Shown piece by piece: positions 6,443-16,323 of a stretch of DNA of 64,000 nucleotides (positions are counted from its first letter, which is position 1; the number at the start of each line of letters is the position of its first letter). Source of the stretch: a virus (Duplodnaviria > Heunggongvirae > Uroviricota > Caudoviricetes); the IMG/VR virus record IMGVR_UViG_3300035661_000047, one strand, 5' to 3'. The notes under the pieces are model-generated. The model worked only from the letters and a program-made list of their open reading frames with translations, made no database searches and was not told where the DNA came from. A program made the translations under genes and the position numbers.

Positions 6443-7942
6443 ATGAAAAATACGGAATTCGCGGATGCTGTTGACCGGCTAATCTTCGCACCATGCAGTC
6501 TAAAGCAGCAGCAGATTCTTCTCGATGACGAAACAGATTTGCTGCTTTGCGGTGGTGGTGCTGGAGGTGGGAAGTCCCACACCTGTCTGACAAAGGCGTT
6601 GAAGTACATCAATGACCCCGCAGCGCGTGTAATGATCGTCCGGCGCAGCTACCCTATGCTGAAGCTGTCTGGCGGCCTTGTAGACGAATCTAAGGGCATC
6701 TACACGCACTTTGGCGGGGTGCTGAAGATTCAAGCACTGACCTGGGTATTCCCTAACGGTGCGACGATCCAGTTCGCAGCCATCCCGGATAACCTCGGGG
6801 AGTGGCAGGGCCTGCAAGCGACAAACATTCTTGTTGACGAAGCAGCAGAATTCACCCAAGAAGAAATCTTGTTCTTGCTGTCGCGTCTTCGTGGTGCAAA
6901 GTACAAGGGACACATGAATATCACGATGACGTGCAATCCGTCTCGTGACTCGTTCTTGTATGAGTGGGTTAAGTATTCACTCAATGAAGCTGACGGAATC
7001 CCGCGCAACGGAACAGAAGACATTCGTCGGTATTTCTTCAACGAATCCGGCAAGATGTACTGGGCTGACAGCATTGAAGAGCTTTGGGAAAAGCACGGAG
7101 AGCCGCTTGGCAAGAACCGCGACCCATCAAATGGAAAGATCACATTCCTTCCTAAGAGCTTCAGATTCATCCCTCTCACTGTTTATGACAACCCTATTCT
7201 GCTCAAGAATAACTCTGGGTATCTTGCAAACCTGCTGTCGCAGCCGCGTGTAAATCAACTTCGATACCTTCATGGGTCTTGGACTGCTCGTGCGGAAGGT
7301 TCAGGATTCTTCCGTAGAGAGTGGGTAGAGGTTGTTGACTTTCCCCCGGTAAACCCTGTATCAAAGGTTCGCTCATGGGATTTGGCAGCATCAGTACCGT
7401 CAGAGAGTAACCCAAATCCAGACTGGACTTCCGGTGTAAGGCTGTCTCGGGATAAGTGGGGGTACTACTATATCGAGCACGTAAACCGCTTCAGAAAGCT
7501 TTCTGATGGCGTTATTCAAGAGCTTGTGGAGACTGGACACGACGACGGCCCCCCACCTGAGTGCGCAGTGACAATTCCAAAAGACCCTGGAGCTGGAGGC
7601 GCTGCCGCTAATCGTTTCTTCATGGCGCAACTAGCTGAGAACGGAATTGCTGCAAAGTCTGTACCTATCTCCGGGCACTCTGGGAAGATTGCTAGATTCC
7701 TACCGTTCTGCGCGCTGGCCGAAGCTGGGATGGTGAGGATTGTGCGTGGAGATTGGAATGAAGAATATCTCGCAGAGCTTGAGCATTTTGAAGGTTCTCG
7801 GAATCAGAAAGATGACCAAGTTGATGCCACATCAGACGCATTCAATACCCTCTCACGTCAAGTGCAGCTTCCGACGTTTGCAGTGCCTGTACTTTCACAA
7901 GCAAGTCCTGTACCAACTGTGTATGGCTTGACAAATACGTAA
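6443..7942 (+). CDS. terL: terminase large subunit
   Basis: 499 aa; Walker A LLCGGGAGGGKSH and overall TerL ATPase/nuclease-like sequence; first gene of late operon. Confidence 0.85.
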   Translation: MKNTEFADAVDRLIFAPCSLKQQQILLDDETDLLLCGGGAGGGKSHTCLTKALKYINDPAARVMIVRRSYPMLKLSGGLVDESKGIYTHFGGVLKIQALTWVFPNGATIQFAAIPDNLGEWQGLQATNILVDEAAEFTQEEILFLLSRLRGAKYKGHMNITMTCNPSRDSFLYEWVKYSLNEADGIPRNGTEDIRRYFFNESGKMYWADSIEELWEKHGEPLGKNRDPSNGKITFLPKSFRFIPLTVYDNPILLKNNSGYLANLLSQPRVNQLRYLHGSWTARAEGSGFFRREWVEVVDFPPVNPVSKVRSWDLAASVPSESNPNPDWTSGVRLSRDKWGYYYIEHVNRFRKLSDGVIQELVETGHDDGPPPECAVTIPKDPGAGGAAANRFFMAQLAENGIAAKSVPISGHSGKIARFLPFCALAEAGMVRIVRGDWNEEYLAELEHFEGSRNQKDDQVDATSDAFNTLSRQVQLPTFAVPVLSQASPVPTVYGLTNT

Positions 7943-7956
7943 AACCGTGCTACAAT
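7928..7956 (+). promoter_or_regulatory. internal sigma70-like promoter (TTGACA-17-TACAAT, TGn)
   Basis: TTGACA 7928-7933, CCGTGCTACAATCACA 7945-7960, nearly identical to the promoter at 15845; overlaps the 3' end of terL and precedes the portal gene. Confidence 0.6.
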
Positions 7957-7981
7957 CACAGATAATCAAAGGAGCAATTAC

Positions 7982-9493
7982 ATGCCTGAAGCGAATACGC
8001 CAGATGGCGTAGACTCCGCTGCCCTGGCTCCAGACCCGCAAGCAGTCGTTCCTCGACTCAAGCTCGGCGAGCAAGGTGTCCTAGGTCTTAAGACCAGAAA
8101 CAAGCGAATTCTAGAAGAAGCTCAACAAGCATTCCGCTATCCGAATTTTATCTCAACTGTGAATGAAATGCGCAACAACCCTACAGTTGGTGCGGCTATG
8201 AACGTTTACAGAATGATGATTTCTCGCGTGCAATGGTGTGTAGAGCCAGCAGAGGATGCAACCGACCAAGACAAGGCTCGGACAGAGGCCATCCGAACGA
8301 TGATGCATGACATGGACGGCTCTTGGTCGTCTTTTATCGAAAGTGTCATCCCGTACCTTGAGTACGGCTTTGCTGTAAACGAGATTGTACTGCGTCGCAG
8401 ACTGAAGCGCAATGGGTCTAAGCACAATGACGGTCTTATTGGCCTCAAGAAGCTGGCACCACGTAGCCAAGACACAATCTGCGGCTGGGTGTTCTCAGAG
8501 GATGGTGCAGACCTTCTCAAAGTAGAGCAATCCCTCACAAACATCGAAAACGCCTATCGTTTCCAGAACCGCATAAACGTCAATGGACGGCTTGAGATTG
8601 ACAGAGAGAAGTTTCTCCTGTTCTCGGCAAGCGCGACAAAGGGGAACCCAGAAGGCAATTCGATCTACAAAAACATTTATCTTGCGTTCAAGCAGCTTTC
8701 CTTGCTCCAAAATCAAGAGCTAGTTGGCATTGCAAAGGACGTTCAAGGTATTCTCAAGATCGCAATTCCCCCGCGATATCTTGACCCGAATGCTTCGCCA
8801 GAAGATAAAGCTGCTGTAGCTGCATTCCAGACTATCATCGACAACTACAACGCTGGCACTCAGCGTGGCCTGCTTGTCCCGAACATGATCGACCCGGAAT
8901 CAAAGCTTCCGCTGTTTACCTACGACTTGATGGAGTCAAAGGGTGGCGCGAAGTACGACACTGAATCAGTTATCCGTCGCCTGCAAGGTGATATCCTATC
9001 TGCCCTTAGCGTAGACATTCTCAAGCTTGGAGCAGAAGGCTCGGGTTCATTCTCTCTCGCTGAGAGTAAGAGTTCTGTTCTTGCGCTTGCAATCGACTAC
9101 CGCCTCCGAGAAATCGCCGAGGTGCTTAACTCTCACCTCATGCGTACATTGTACGAAATGAACGGGTGGGACACAAGCAAAATGGCTAAGTTTGTCTACT
9201 CTGACATCGAAGAGGTAAGCCTCGAAGAGTTCAGCAAGGCTGTGCAACGGGTGTTCTCTACGAGTGCCATTGAAGTTGACCGTTCTGTTCTCAACCGCGT
9301 CCGCAAGGTTCTCGGCGTTCCTGAGAAGCCAGATGATGAGCCTGTTGACAAGGAAAACCTTCCATCAGCACTTGCCGGTAATTCTAGCAAGTCCGGTGCA
9401 GGCATGGAAGTCGGTACGACTGGAAATGGGACAGCTAAGAACCCGCAAGGCGGTAAGGACACTTCCACGGCTAACGCCGATAACGCCGCTTGA
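7982..9493 (+). CDS. portal protein
   Basis: 503 aa; position between terL and prohead protease; RBS AAAGGAG; acidic C-terminus. Confidence 0.8.
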   Translation: MPEANTPDGVDSAALAPDPQAVVPRLKLGEQGVLGLKTRNKRILEEAQQAFRYPNFISTVNEMRNNPTVGAAMNVYRMMISRVQWCVEPAEDATDQDKARTEAIRTMMHDMDGSWSSFIESVIPYLEYGFAVNEIVLRRRLKRNGSKHNDGLIGLKKLAPRSQDTICGWVFSEDGADLLKVEQSLTNIENAYRFQNRINVNGRLEIDREKFLLFSASATKGNPEGNSIYKNIYLAFKQLSLLQNQELVGIAKDVQGILKIAIPPRYLDPNASPEDKAAVAAFQTIIDNYNAGTQRGLLVPNMIDPESKLPLFTYDLMESKGGAKYDTESVIRRLQGDILSALSVDILKLGAEGSGSFSLAESKSSVLALAIDYRLREIAEVLNSHLMRTLYEMNGWDTSKMAKFVYSDIEEVSLEEFSKAVQRVFSTSAIEVDRSVLNRVRKVLGVPEKPDDEPVDKENLPSALAGNSSKSGAGMEVGTTGNGTAKNPQGGKDTSTANADNAA

Positions 9494-9507
9494 CAATAGG
9501 AGTTCAA

Positions 9508-10359
9508 ATGCACCCTCATAGCCTTCTAAGGCTTTCCTCGAAAATCTACAACACACCTCACCTCATCACACCAGAAGCTTTCAGCGTCGTGCTTGACTAT
9601 CTAGATTCCCGTAATTCGCGGGATTTTAGAATGGACTTCATTGACGGGCCTGACCCAGAAGACGATCAAGAAGCTCCAATGTATGCCAACGGCCTTGGCA
9701 TCCTTCGAGTAGATGGTAGCCTGACGTATAAGCCGGTTATGACGCTTTGCGGAGAGGCTGGTACAAGCTACCAGTCTCTTGTAAACCAAGTCGAAGACAT
9801 GGCAGAAGCTGGCGTAAAAACAATCGTCATGGAAGTGACATCTGGCGGCGGTGAAGCCTCACACGTATTCCAAGCTTGCGAAGATATTCGCGCAATCTGC
9901 GACGAAAACGAAATCACCCTGATTGGATACGCCGACACTATCGCAGCATCTGCGGCCTACGCCCTCATCTGCGTGTGCGATCAAGTTATTGCAAACCCAT
10001 CTGCTTCTCTTGGGTCTATCGGCTGCGTTGTTGCGCTGTTGGACACTTCTAAGGCGATGGATAACGCAGGACTGAAGAGAATCTTCGTAACGTCTGGCGA
10101 GTCCAAGGTTCCATTTGCTGAAGATGGGTCGTTTAAGAAGTCGTTCCTCGCAGAGACTCAATCTGATGTGGACAGGCTCAACTTAGAGTTTGCAACACAC
10201 GTCAGCAAGTACACAGGTCTTGATGTAAAGACTATCACTGGATTTGAAGCCAAAGTCTTTGATGCTGCAACAGCAGTTGAAAAGGGGCTTGCAAATGCTG
10301 TCATGACGAATAAGCAGTTCTCTGCATACGTCGCTCAAATTCAAAAGGAAATGCAATGA
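9508..10359 (+). CDS. prohead maturation protease (S49/ClpP-fold, lambda gpC-like)
   Basis: AGGAG RBS before ATG 9508; ClpP/SppA-like core (IVMEVTSGGGE..., AASAAYALICVCD...); position portal-protease-scaffold. Confidence 0.75.
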   Translation: MHPHSLLRLSSKIYNTPHLITPEAFSVVLDYLDSRNSRDFRMDFIDGPDPEDDQEAPMYANGLGILRVDGSLTYKPVMTLCGEAGTSYQSLVNQVEDMAEAGVKTIVMEVTSGGGEASHVFQACEDIRAICDENEITLIGYADTIAASAAYALICVCDQVIANPSASLGSIGCVVALLDTSKAMDNAGLKRIFVTSGESKVPFAEDGSFKKSFLAETQSDVDRLNLEFATHVSKYTGLDVKTITGFEAKVFDAATAVEKGLANAVMTNKQFSAYVAQIQKEMQ

Positions 10360-10892
10360 AGCAAAATACAATGCTTTCTCGCCTGATGGCGAAGCTCGGA
10401 GCTTCTGAGCCTGTTGTGTCCGCAAGCGTTGAAACCCTTCAGGCAGAGTTTGATGCCTTCAAGGCGTCTTCAGAGTCCGCGCTTGCAGATGCTGCTGCTC
10501 AACTCCAAGAAGTCTCTACCGACCTTGAAACAGCCGTAGCTGCTGTTGCAGAGGCATATGCCAAGGTGGCAGAACTCCAAGCACAACTCGAAGCTGTAAA
10601 TGCCGAGAAGGTTGCTGCCGAAGCTGAATCCGCTGCAAAGCGTCTCACAGCTCGCAAAGAAAAGATTGAAGCTGCTGTAGGAACGTCGAAGTCAGACGCG
10701 CTTATGGCCGCAACTGAATCGCTCGATGACGCAGCGTTTGACGCTGTTGTGTCGGCTCTGAGCCTGTCAGTTGATGCCGAAGGCAAGACTGGTATGTTCA
10801 AAGAAGTCGGCGTAGCTGCTGAAGCTGACGCTGCGAAGGTCGAAGAATCTGCTGAAATGAAGATTCTCCGTGAAAAGTACGGCGCAAAGTAA
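10356..10892 (+). CDS. scaffolding protein
   Basis: 178 aa, Ala/Glu-rich predicted coiled coil, located between protease and capsid genes. Confidence 0.65.
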   Translation: MKQNTMLSRLMAKLGASEPVVSASVETLQAEFDAFKASSESALADAAAQLQEVSTDLETAVAAVAEAYAKVAELQAQLEAVNAEKVAAEAESAAKRLTARKEKIEAAVGTSKSDALMAATESLDDAAFDAVVSALSLSVDAEGKTGMFKEVGVAAEADAAKVEESAEMKILREKYGAK

Positions 10893-10922
10893 GCGCATCC
10901 TCTTTAGCTAAAAGGAAAATCA

Positions 10923-11330
10923 ATGTCTGTTTTCGCAACTGACTCAACTCGCCTGTCTGGCGTCGTAAAGTACGAGTTTGATCCTGCCACTTCATACTGC
11001 CGTGAATCGGTTGTACTGAACGATACTGCTAACCTCAACCTGAAGGTTGGTGCTGTTCTCGGCAAGGTTACTGCCACCGGCAAGTACAAGCTCTCGCTCT
11101 CGGCTGCTGCTGACGGCTCGCAAACTCCCGCTGCGATTATCATCGCTGACGGTCTTGGTCTTTCGACCGACATCGCCCTTACAAGTGGCACTGACGCAAA
11201 GGCAATCGTCCTTGTGCGCGGTCCCGTGATTCTGGCTGATGCTGGTCTGCAACTCGGAACTGGTCATACTGTGGCCTCCGTGAAGACTGCTCTCGCTGGT
11301 GCCGGCCTTCTGGTCGAAACCGCAATCTAA
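10923..11330 (+). CDS. head decoration protein (lambda gpD-like)
   Basis: 135 aa, Gly/Ala/Thr-rich, immediately upstream of major capsid gene in lambda B-C-Nu3-D-E order. Confidence 0.6.
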   Translation: MSVFATDSTRLSGVVKYEFDPATSYCRESVVLNDTANLNLKVGAVLGKVTATGKYKLSLSAAADGSQTPAAIIIADGLGLSTDIALTSGTDAKAIVLVRGPVILADAGLQLGTGHTVASVKTALAGAGLLVETAI

Positions 11331-11349
11331 TTCTGGAAGGAATTTGTAA

Positions 11350-12366
11350 ATGGCTATCATTCGTAGCTTTGCTAACGGCTTTGAAGTTCAAGACTGGACA
11401 CAAGAAGTCAACGTAGTCCCGAATCAGTGGGGCACAATCGGCCAGCTCGGACTCTTCCAAGAAGAATCTGTTGCTGAGCATGTGGTGGTTTTTGAAGAAA
11501 TCACCAAGGACGGTGGACTGCTTGTTGACCGTGTTCGCGGCGACCGTGGCATTGTCGGTAGGGATGCAACGCGCAAGCTGCACACCTTCGCGGTTCCTCA
11601 CTTCCCGCATGACGACTACATCAGCCCGCAAGACCTCCAAGGCAAGCGCGCTTATGGCGCGGCTGCTGGTGTAGAAACCATCGAAAGCGTGCGCGCACGT
11701 AAGCTTGAGCGTATTCGCCAAAACCATGCTTGGACGCTGGAATTCGCCCGCGCACAGACTATCACGGCTGCTACCGTGTACTCGCCAAACGGCACTGTCT
11801 CGCAGAACTGGAACACTGAATTCGGTGTGACACGCACGTCTGTGGACTTCCTGCTCGGAACTAGTACGACTGAAGTGATTGCGAAGATTGAAGCTGGTAT
11901 CGCCCAGATTCAAGACAATGCCTTCGGCGCGTCGGTGACTGGAACTGTTGTTCTGACCTCGCCGGAATTCTTCGCTAAGCTGATTTCGCATGCTTCGATC
12001 AAGACTGCGTACCAGTATTACATGAGCACGCAAGAGCCTCTGCGTCAACGTCTGGGTGGTGCTTCGGCTCTCCACCGTCAGTTCGAGTTTGGCGGAACGA
12101 AGTTCGTTGAAATGCGTGACACGTATGCCGGCCAGCGTCTCATCCCTGTTGGCAAGGCTTACATGGTTCCGATGGGAACTGACGCATTCAAGACGTACTT
12201 CTCTCCTGCGAACCGTTTCGGACTGGTCAACACGCTCGGCGAACAAGTTTACGTGTTTGAGTCGGCTGACGCCAAGGGAACGAAGATCGAAATCGAAAGC
12301 GAATCGAACTTCGTGAACGCCCTCCTGCGCCCCGCGCTGGTTGTGGAATTCACATCGTCTAACTAA
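11350..12366 (+). CDS. major capsid protein (lambda gpE-like)
   Basis: 338 aa; followed by strong rho-independent terminator; position after decoration protein. Confidence 0.8.
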   Translation: MAIIRSFANGFEVQDWTQEVNVVPNQWGTIGQLGLFQEESVAEHVVVFEEITKDGGLLVDRVRGDRGIVGRDATRKLHTFAVPHFPHDDYISPQDLQGKRAYGAAAGVETIESVRARKLERIRQNHAWTLEFARAQTITAATVYSPNGTVSQNWNTEFGVTRTSVDFLLGTSTTEVIAKIEAGIAQIQDNAFGASVTGTVVLTSPEFFAKLISHASIKTAYQYYMSTQEPLRQRLGGASALHRQFEFGGTKFVEMRDTYAGQRLIPVGKAYMVPMGTDAFKTYFSPANRFGLVNTLGEQVYVFESADAKGTKIEIESESNFVNALLRPALVVEFTSSN

Positions 12367-12395
12367 TTAGACGCGCCCCTGACGGGGTTGTAGGG

Positions 12396-12426
12396 GCGGC
12401 CTCTCCGGTAGGGGGGTCGCTTTTTT
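12396..12426 (+). terminator. rho-independent terminator after capsid gene
   Basis: GCGGCC...GGTCGC stem followed by TTTTTT (12421-12426); additional upstream CCCC-TGAC-GGGG hairpin. Confidence 0.7.
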
Positions 12427-12444
12427 ACTGGCAAAGGATTTTAT

Positions 12445-12849
12445 ATGACCGTCATTGATCCCTCTACCCCAATCGGGAAGATTCGCCTCCGAATTGGAGA
12501 CTGGCGCGATCTTACCATTCTACCAGACAGCGTTATTCAAGCCACTCTCGATGACTGCCAAGGGAATGTCCCTCGCGCTGCAAGCCTTTGTGCGCAGTAC
12601 ATCCTCGCTACGCTGACTGCCAAGACGCACCGGAAGATTTCTCAACTTGAAACTTGGTCTGGCGAACAGTTCAAAAACTACGTCGAGTTTCTGAAGTTGA
12701 CTGTTTTGAACCCTAACATGATGTCAATGTCCCCAGTTCCGTACACAGGGAGTGTTACGGGGGACCATCCGCTGATTTCGTTTGTGAATCAGTGGAACGA
12801 CAGCTACGCACTAGATAGAGAGGCCCACGGTGTATTCTCAGGACTTTGA
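12445..12849 (+). CDS. putative head-tail connector / head completion protein
   Basis: 134 aa ORF first after capsid terminator; function from position only. Confidence 0.45.
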   Translation: MTVIDPSTPIGKIRLRIGDWRDLTILPDSVIQATLDDCQGNVPRAASLCAQYILATLTAKTHRKISQLETWSGEQFKNYVEFLKLTVLNPNMMSMSPVPYTGSVTGDHPLISFVNQWNDSYALDREAHGVFSGL

Positions 12850-13237
12850 TGAGGCTGTTGCAGAGCTGATTAACGAATTTGGATTCTCCGACATCGGAGA
12901 GAACAAGTACAGAAAGACGGCTGTTGCAGGATACTCGCCAGAACTAGGGCAGGCTTCAGTAAGTATTGTCGAGTATCCCATTCAGGCCGTAGTAACCGAT
13001 TTGACTATGCAAAGCAATGGCTACAGTGTGAAGTACGGAACGATGGTACAGGCAGGAGACAAGGAGGTATTTGTTCGCCCGCCACATAAGGTAGGTACGA
13101 CATCTACGCCAATCATAATCGACCCTGCTACAGATGTTATTGAGATTCGTGGGACAGTATACAAAATTGTCACTCAGAAGGAAATCAACCCTACTTGCAA
13201 CGATCCGATTCTGTACAGCTTCTATGTGAGGAAGTAA
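12830..13237 (+). CDS. hypothetical virion protein (GTG start)
   Basis: 135 aa ORF, overlaps neighbours by a few codons. Confidence 0.45.
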   Translation: MYSQDFDEAVAELINEFGFSDIGENKYRKTAVAGYSPELGQASVSIVEYPIQAVVTDLTMQSNGYSVKYGTMVQAGDKEVFVRPPHKVGTTSTPIIIDPATDVIEIRGTVYKIVTQKEINPTCNDPILYSFYVRK

Positions 13238-13593
13238 TGACTCCAGCAACATACACAATGCCGCGAATTCGCAGAGGCGACACGATTTCAGCTATGCGTA
13301 TCGTAGACAGTTTGAAATACTCTACGGGGGCTTTAATTGGAATTTCATCAGCAAGGCTGCAACTTCGTGACTCGACAGATAACCTCGTGTACGAGTGGAA
13401 CACGTCCAACGGCACTGCTGCTATCTCTGGTAGCTCTTCAGAGTCTGTTACGCTAAACAGCGTCCCTGCTGCAACCACTGCTACATGGTCTGCTGGAATG
13501 TACTCCTATGACCTTGAGATTACAACCCTCTCAGGGGATACTTGGACAGTTCTGGAAGGTGTTAGATACGTGGACCCGGACAAGACAAGATGA
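13237..13593 (+). CDS. hypothetical virion protein
   Basis: AGGAAG RBS and ATG at 13237 overlapping the previous stop (track start at 13195 lacks an RBS). Confidence 0.5.
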   Translation: MTPATYTMPRIRRGDTISAMRIVDSLKYSTGALIGISSARLQLRDSTDNLVYEWNTSNGTAAISGSSSESVTLNSVPAATTATWSAGMYSYDLEITTLSGDTWTVLEGVRYVDPDKTR

Positions 13594-13916
13594 GCGACGT
13601 AACTCTTACAGTATCAAACGACGCCCCGGTAGTAGAGTTCTCAGTAATGTCTGGAACTGAGAACGTCCAGTTTTCAGTGCAGCAAGCTCCAGATGTTGTG
13701 CAAGTCGTAGTAGGCCCTCAGATTGGACTACAAGGCCCGGTAGGTCCAGCCGGCGCACAGGGAATTCAAGGCCCCGCTGGGCCAGCAGGACCGCAGAATC
13801 TAGTTGTGGCTGCGACACAGCCAACTTTCGGCACAGGTCAGGCAGGTCTGTGGGTACAGACTGGGCTTGGCGTCGATGGCTCCGGGTTCACTCTTTGGAT
13901 TGAGGATGGACAATAA
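13590..13916 (+). CDS. small collagen-like (Gly-X-Y repeat) protein
   Basis: GLQGPVGPAGAQGIQGPAGPAGPQ = 8 uninterrupted GXY triplets in a 108-aa protein. Confidence 0.55.
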   Translation: MSDVTLTVSNDAPVVEFSVMSGTENVQFSVQQAPDVVQVVVGPQIGLQGPVGPAGAQGIQGPAGPAGPQNLVVAATQPTFGTGQAGLWVQTGLGVDGSGFTLWIEDGQ

Positions 13917-14353
13917 TGGCACTCAGAAACGCATTTGAGAATCTTGCTACAGACGCAACGCTTGTCCAGCTAAAGGACATCGCTCAAGCTATCAACACTG
14001 CGGCAGGGGGTATCCGCGTAGCCGCAGAAGCTCTTAACGCAAAAACAGCTAGCGTGAATACTGGAGCTGTGGCAGGAACTGTTACAGCAGTTATTGACCA
14101 AGACTCTGTGGATTCATTGACGTACATGCTCCAAGCTATTCTTGAGAAAATGCCGTCACTGACAAACAGGGACTTGGTTCGGGCGAGCATTGAAGACGGA
14201 AGCATGAACGCTATCTCCGGGCCGTACTTCGGTGTGAATAATATGAGCGTAGGCGAGGCAACCACAGGGCGACTTGTATACCGTATGCATGAGCCTTGGC
14301 ACTTTTCTAACGCCAGCAGTGCTGGACTTTACAACCAAATTCAGGTAACGTGA
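13916..14353 (+). CDS. hypothetical virion protein
   Basis: 145 aa ORF in connector region, ATGA-type overlap. Confidence 0.5.
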   Translation: MALRNAFENLATDATLVQLKDIAQAINTAAGGIRVAAEALNAKTASVNTGAVAGTVTAVIDQDSVDSLTYMLQAILEKMPSLTNRDLVRASIEDGSMNAISGPYFGVNNMSVGEATTGRLVYRMHEPWHFSNASSAGLYNQIQVT

Positions 14354-14354
14354 A

Positions 14355-15830
14355 ATGGCAACTACAGTTAAATTGAAGAAGCTTCTCCACCGTAAGGTAT
14401 GGGAGTTTTGCACGCCAGCTCCAACTGGAACTACTAACGGCAGCTTCGTAGCCGGGGACAACGATGGGCTTATGCCATCTAACGATTGCGTATATTTTGT
14501 TGCCAGTGCTAGTAGCATTTGGAACTACAACGCAGAGCAGGACGCTTGGCTCCAGCTTCCGAGCGCAGGCGTTGCGGGATCATTCGGCGCAGGGTCGTGC
14601 GGCGAGTTTAGAGCTATCGGGGCACTCGGCGGCAGTACAGTAAATACCGCCACGGCTGGCACTACTACGCAGCTTACTACGAACCGAACTATTGTACGCG
14701 ACATCCGTGGATGCAAGATTCGAGTTGTAGCTGGTACAGGGTCTGGATACGAAGGGGTTGTAGTCTCTACGACAGCCGGTTCCAACAGTATTCTAACTGT
14801 ATCTCCTGCCAGCTCAGTTGCTTTTGACGCCACAACGCAATACTCTGTGTGGTCAGGCTCGATGTGGTTTTTTAACGCAGGTACTACAGCCGTTGGCTTC
14901 GCTGTGTATGACAGAGCCACTAACGCATGGACTCAAAAGTCTGTCACAAACCTTCCTACATCGTGGGGAACAGACGGACAGTTGGTATCGACTGGAAGCT
15001 TGCAAGGCGTGTTTTCGACGGGTACAGCTATTGCCGGATCGACAACTACGACACTGAATACTTCTGTGACGTTCCCAGTAAACTGCTGGAGCAACTATCA
15101 GGTCCGTATCACGTCGGGCACAGGCGCTGGGCAGATTCGTGTCGTGGCTAGTAACACAGCCGGCCCTAACTCTGTGCTCACAGTGGCTGCGGCTTGGACA
15201 GTTACACCGGATGCTACTAGCGTGTTTGCAATCGAAGGCAATGATGACGCTATGTACTTGCTCGGAAACGCCGCCGCTGCAATCTACAAGTACAGTATCT
15301 CTGCGAACACTTGGACAGTACTTACCCCTGGCACTACCCGAGGCGGCGCTATGAGTTCTGGCGGAACTGCGGACTGGATCGGAGTAATCAATGACGCAGA
15401 GTGGCAAGGCATCCCGAGTAAAGCAATCAATACCTCATGGCCTACAGCTTTCAAGCAGGGAGGAAGGTACATCTACTCTTTCCGTGGAGCTGGAACAAAC
15501 ACGCTTGACGTGTATGACATTGCCCTCAACTGGTGGATGAACGGTGTACCGTATGGCAATCAAGCAGAGACGTTTAACTCCGGCTCGTGTTCTGTGGCGT
15601 CGTCGGATTATCTGTACATTCAGAAAGAGTCCACGGGCCGTGTGTTCAGGTTCGACATTATCAAGCTGGCTATCGAGCCGTGGGTCACTAACGTGTACCC
15701 ACAAAGCACGACGCTGGCTGGAGACAAGATGTTTTTCTCCACGTATAGGGACGGGGCCACAGTAGTCCGGTGGGCATACACACTGCACCACAACAGGGCT
15801 GACCTGCTTCGCATGATGGAGATTTATTGA
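14355..15830 (+). CDS. large structural protein with Kelch/beta-propeller-like repeats
   Basis: 491 aa; repeated motifs (YLLGNAAAAIYKYSISANTWTVL; YIYSFRGAGTNTLDVYDIALNWW) resemble propeller blades; in head-tail joining region. Confidence 0.55.
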   Translation: MATTVKLKKLLHRKVWEFCTPAPTGTTNGSFVAGDNDGLMPSNDCVYFVASASSIWNYNAEQDAWLQLPSAGVAGSFGAGSCGEFRAIGALGGSTVNTATAGTTTQLTTNRTIVRDIRGCKIRVVAGTGSGYEGVVVSTTAGSNSILTVSPASSVAFDATTQYSVWSGSMWFFNAGTTAVGFAVYDRATNAWTQKSVTNLPTSWGTDGQLVSTGSLQGVFSTGTAIAGSTTTTLNTSVTFPVNCWSNYQVRITSGTGAGQIRVVASNTAGPNSVLTVAAAWTVTPDATSVFAIEGNDDAMYLLGNAAAAIYKYSISANTWTVLTPGTTRGGAMSSGGTADWIGVINDAEWQGIPSKAINTSWPTAFKQGGRYIYSFRGAGTNTLDVYDIALNWWMNGVPYGNQAETFNSGSCSVASSDYLYIQKESTGRVFRFDIIKLAIEPWVTNVYPQSTTLAGDKMFFSTYRDGATVVRWAYTLHHNRADLLRMMEIY

Positions 15831-15844
15831 TGAACGGCACGGCA

Positions 15845-15873
15845 CTTGACAAAATCAATATGCCGTGCTACAA
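15845..15873 (+). promoter_or_regulatory. internal sigma70-like promoter (TTGACA-17-TACAAT, TGn)
   Basis: TTGACA 15845-15850, CCGTGCTACAATCACA 15862-15877, near-identical to 7928-7956; followed by AAAGGAAG RBS and ATG 15895. Confidence 0.6.
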
Positions 15874-15894
15874 TCACAAACACTAAAGGAAGCG

Positions 15895-16323
15895 ATGGGA
15901 AAATTCGCAGACTCTGTAAGGGCAAATAGTACGAAAGTATTGATGAAAGCCAATCGGCAGTGTTTTCAAATTGCCAAAGAGCTTTTCACATCTGTCGTAG
16001 AACTTACACCCTCTCCTTCAAATCCTGGACACTACGCCCACGGCTGGCTGTCTAATCAGTGGTATCCAGAGTCCGGCTCATTATCAGAAGAGCTTAGCGG
16101 CTCAAAAAGCCCGAGCGGTGCAGACAGCATCAACAGAATCAACGCTCTCCGTGGCCTGGACTTCTTCAGGAAAGACGGAAAGCTGACACTCACAAACAAC
16201 CTCTCATACGCATATAGAGCTGAAGTTCTAGGCTGGCCCCAAACAGATGGCTGGTCTGGTCAGGTAGGCCCGTACCGTATGGTGGCATTGTCAATCCAAG
16301 CAATCGCTAGTAAGTACAAATGA
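15895..16323 (+). CDS. hypothetical tail/connector protein
   Basis: RBS-supported ATG 15895 (track start 15865 lies inside the promoter). Confidence 0.5.
   Translation: MGKFADSVRANSTKVLMKANRQCFQIAKELFTSVVELTPSPSNPGHYAHGWLSNQWYPESGSLSEELSGSKSPSGADSINRINALRGLDFFRKDGKLTLTNNLSYAYRAEVLGWPQTDGWSGQVGPYRMVALSIQAIASKYK

Noticed and set aside
11179-12246. 355-aa minus-strand ORF antisense to the major capsid gene
   Set aside because: Fully overlaps a well-supported, terminator-flanked capsid gene; Arg/Ser-rich composition; no RBS
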